DNA of 64,000 bases from Verrucomicrobiota bacterium (lineage in GTDB: Bacteria; Verrucomicrobiota; Verrucomicrobiia; Limisphaerales; Palsa-1400). The translations under genes and the position numbers were made by a program. A model generated the notes under the pieces. The model made no database searches and had not been told where the DNA came from. It worked only from the letters and a program-made list of their open reading frames with translations. The stretch lies in NCBI GenBank assembly GCA_049510745.1, contig JBEKYR010000003.1:1-64000 (forward strand), read 5' to 3'. This document shows positions 62,378-64,000 of this stretch, in pieces (position 1 is the stretch's first letter; every line of letters starts with the position of its first letter).

Positions 62378-64000
62378 ATGAACGTGGATTGGCCTGATGC
62401 CCGCGAGAGCTTTGACCGCTGGTTTTCGGCCGGGCGCCTCCTGCTGCTCCTGGGGCTGATGCTCCTGATCTTCTTCCCGGACATCGTTCTGGGCACCCAT
62501 GCTTTCTTTTACCGGGACGCGGGCCTTTTCAGCTATCCGGTGGCCTATTATTTGCATGACAGTCTGCGGAGCGGGCAATGGCCGCTGTGGAACCCCTTCA
62601 ACAACTGCGGCCTGCCGTTTCTGGCCCAATGGAACACGCTGGCCCTGTATCCGCCGTCCATTCTTTATCTCCTGTTTCCCCTGCCTGGGTCGCTCAATGT
62701 CTTCCTGCTGGCGCATGTGTTTCTGGCCGGCGCCGGGATGTACGCGCTGGGGCGGCGCTGGTTCGGGACGCGCTTCGGCGCCAGCGTGGCGGGGCTGGCG
62801 TTTGCCTGGAACGGGCTGACCTTGCATTGCCTGATGTGGCCGTGCCACATCGCCGCCCTGGCCTGGATGCCGTGGGTCATTCTGTGGTGCGACCGGGCGG
62901 CGAAGGAAGGCGGACGGGCGCTTGTTTGGGCCGCGCTGTGCGGCGCCTGCCAGATGACGACCGGCTCGCCCGAACTGATCCTGTTCACCTGGCTGATCGC
63001 CGCCGCCAATTTTTTATGCGACACCGTTTGGCGGAAGGGGAAATTCCTGGCCGGCGCCGGGCGGCTGGTGTTTCTGGTGTTGATGGTCAGCGCGCTCAGC
63101 GCCGCCCAACTGCTGCCGTGGCTGGAGTTGCTGGCACAGGGCGACCGCTCCAGTTCTTTCGGCGGAGGCGACTGGTCCCTGCCGCCGTGGGGCCTGGCCA
63201 ATTTTCTCGTGCCGCTCTTTCACTCGCAAGGCTCCGTGACGGGGGTCTTCATGCAGGGGGAGCAGCAATGGACCTCGTCGTATTACGTCGGCATCCTGCC
63301 CCTGCTCCTGGCGCTGCTGGCGGCGGCGAGGTGGCGGCGGGAACGGGTCGCGCTGCTGGCCGCGCTGGCGCTGGGCGGGGTTCTGCTGGCGTTCGGCGAC
63401 GCCGGGGTTCTTCTTGACATTCTCAGGCGCGCCTGTCCGCTGCTGGGCTACATCCGCTACCCGGTGAAATTCATCGTCCTGACCGTCTTTTGCCTGTCGT
63501 TGCTGGCCGGGGCGGGCGCGGCCTGGCTGCAAAGCCAGCCGTTCCCGGCCGGGCGCCGCGGCCTGGCGTTGCCGGGCGCGTGGCTGGCCCTGGGGATCCT
63601 GCTGGTCCTGGCGGTCGGCGTCCGCTTCCCGTTTCCGTCCGATTCCACGAGCGCCCTCCGGCTCAACGCGCTGGGGCGGCTGCTTTTTCTGGCGGCGGGA
63701 ATTTTGGTGTTGACGTTAATGGGCGGAACGGCCCGGCCGTCCCTGCGCATCCTGGCGGCGTTCGCATTCCTGGTCTTGACAGGAGTGGACGCCGGCACGC
63801 ACGCGCCGCGGCAGAATCCGACCGTGGTGGCGCGGGCCTACGACGATTACCCGCCGCCCATGAGCCGGCTGCCGCGCCTGGGCGAGTCGCGCGCCATGCT
63901 CAGCCCTGCCGCGGAGGAGACGATGGAGCACCTGGTCAATCCCGACCCGCTTCGTTTCTACCTGGGGCAGCGGGCCGAGCTGTTCAGCGATTGCAACCTG
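62378..64000 (+). CDS. YfhO-like multi-pass membrane protein (GT-C type glycosyltransferase), truncated by the window end
   Basis: Manual translation MNVDWPD...FFYRDAGLFSYP...GQWPLWNPFNNCGLPFLAQWNTLALYP. Appears open to the window edge, so it is absent from the ORF track. Confidence 0.8.
   Translation, partial: MNVDWPDARESFDRWFSAGRLLLLLGLMLLIFFPDIVLGTHAFFYRDAGLFSYPVAYYLHDSLRSGQWPLWNPFNNCGLPFLAQWNTLALYPPSILYLLFPLPGSLNVFLLAHVFLAGAGMYALGRRWFGTRFGASVAGLAFAWNGLTLHCLMWPCHIAALAWMPWVILWCDRAAKEGGRALVWAALCGACQMTTGSPELILFTWLIAAANFLCDTVWRKGKFLAGAGRLVFLVLMVSALSAAQLLPWLELLAQGDRSSSFGGGDWSLPPWGLANFLVPLFHSQGSVTGVFMQGEQQWTSSYYVGILPLLLALLAAARWRRERVALLAALALGGVLLAFGDAGVLLDILRRACPLLGYIRYPVKFIVLTVFCLSLLAGAGAAWLQSQPFPAGRRGLALPGAWLALGILLVLAVGVRFPFPSDSTSALRLNALGRLLFLAAGILVLTLMGGTARPSLRILAAFAFLVLTGVDAGTHAPRQNPTVVARAYDDYPPPMSRLPRLGESRAMLSPAAEETMEHLVNPDPLRFYLGQRAELFSDCNL

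Noticed and set aside
1..64000. tRNA, rRNA, prophage or tnpB/cas-type nuclease genes
   Set aside because: No cloverleaf, rRNA-like segment, phage structural gene or RuvC-type TnpB was seen by eye. A tRNAscan-SE/Infernal run would be needed to exclude small RNAs formally.

Overview
High-GC bacterial chromosomal window. Gene style (prepilin-type proteins, paired ABC-2 permeases, RRM protein, secreted proteins with a C-terminal 'W...Y.VQSS.SL...W...FFRL' tail) suggests Verrucomicrobiota; this is inference, not a search result. Most of it is housekeeping or metabolic: gmhA, uvrC, squalene/phytoene synthase, argH, deoC with two ALDH genes, tricorn protease, lat plus ALDH7, mutL, infC, metF, the tol-pal operon, tilS, ftsH, rpe, ruvC, pgsA/pgpA and a YfhO-like gene running off the end. 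The best candidate for an undescribed system is a four-gene cluster (secreted protein, pseudopilin, exported FmdE-like protein, NikR) preceded by a candidate NikR operator and lacking any canonical Ni transporter. Other notable items: a DsrE/F/H-like triad whose 59-aa third gene is missing from the ORF track, an orphan UreF-like gene, a CusR-box-preceded PepSY/two-component locus, a 1045-aa secreted protein with 11 near-identical 48-aa repeats, and a MazF-type toxin-antitoxin pair. There are also two Y1 (HUH) transposase loci with flanking inverted repeats, several REP-like and short-repeat hairpins, gene scars (lysA, dcm, a ParE/RelE-like toxin) and many apparently leaderless promoters. No rRNA, tRNA or CRISPR array was seen. 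Family assignments rest on motif recognition by eye; no database search was run.
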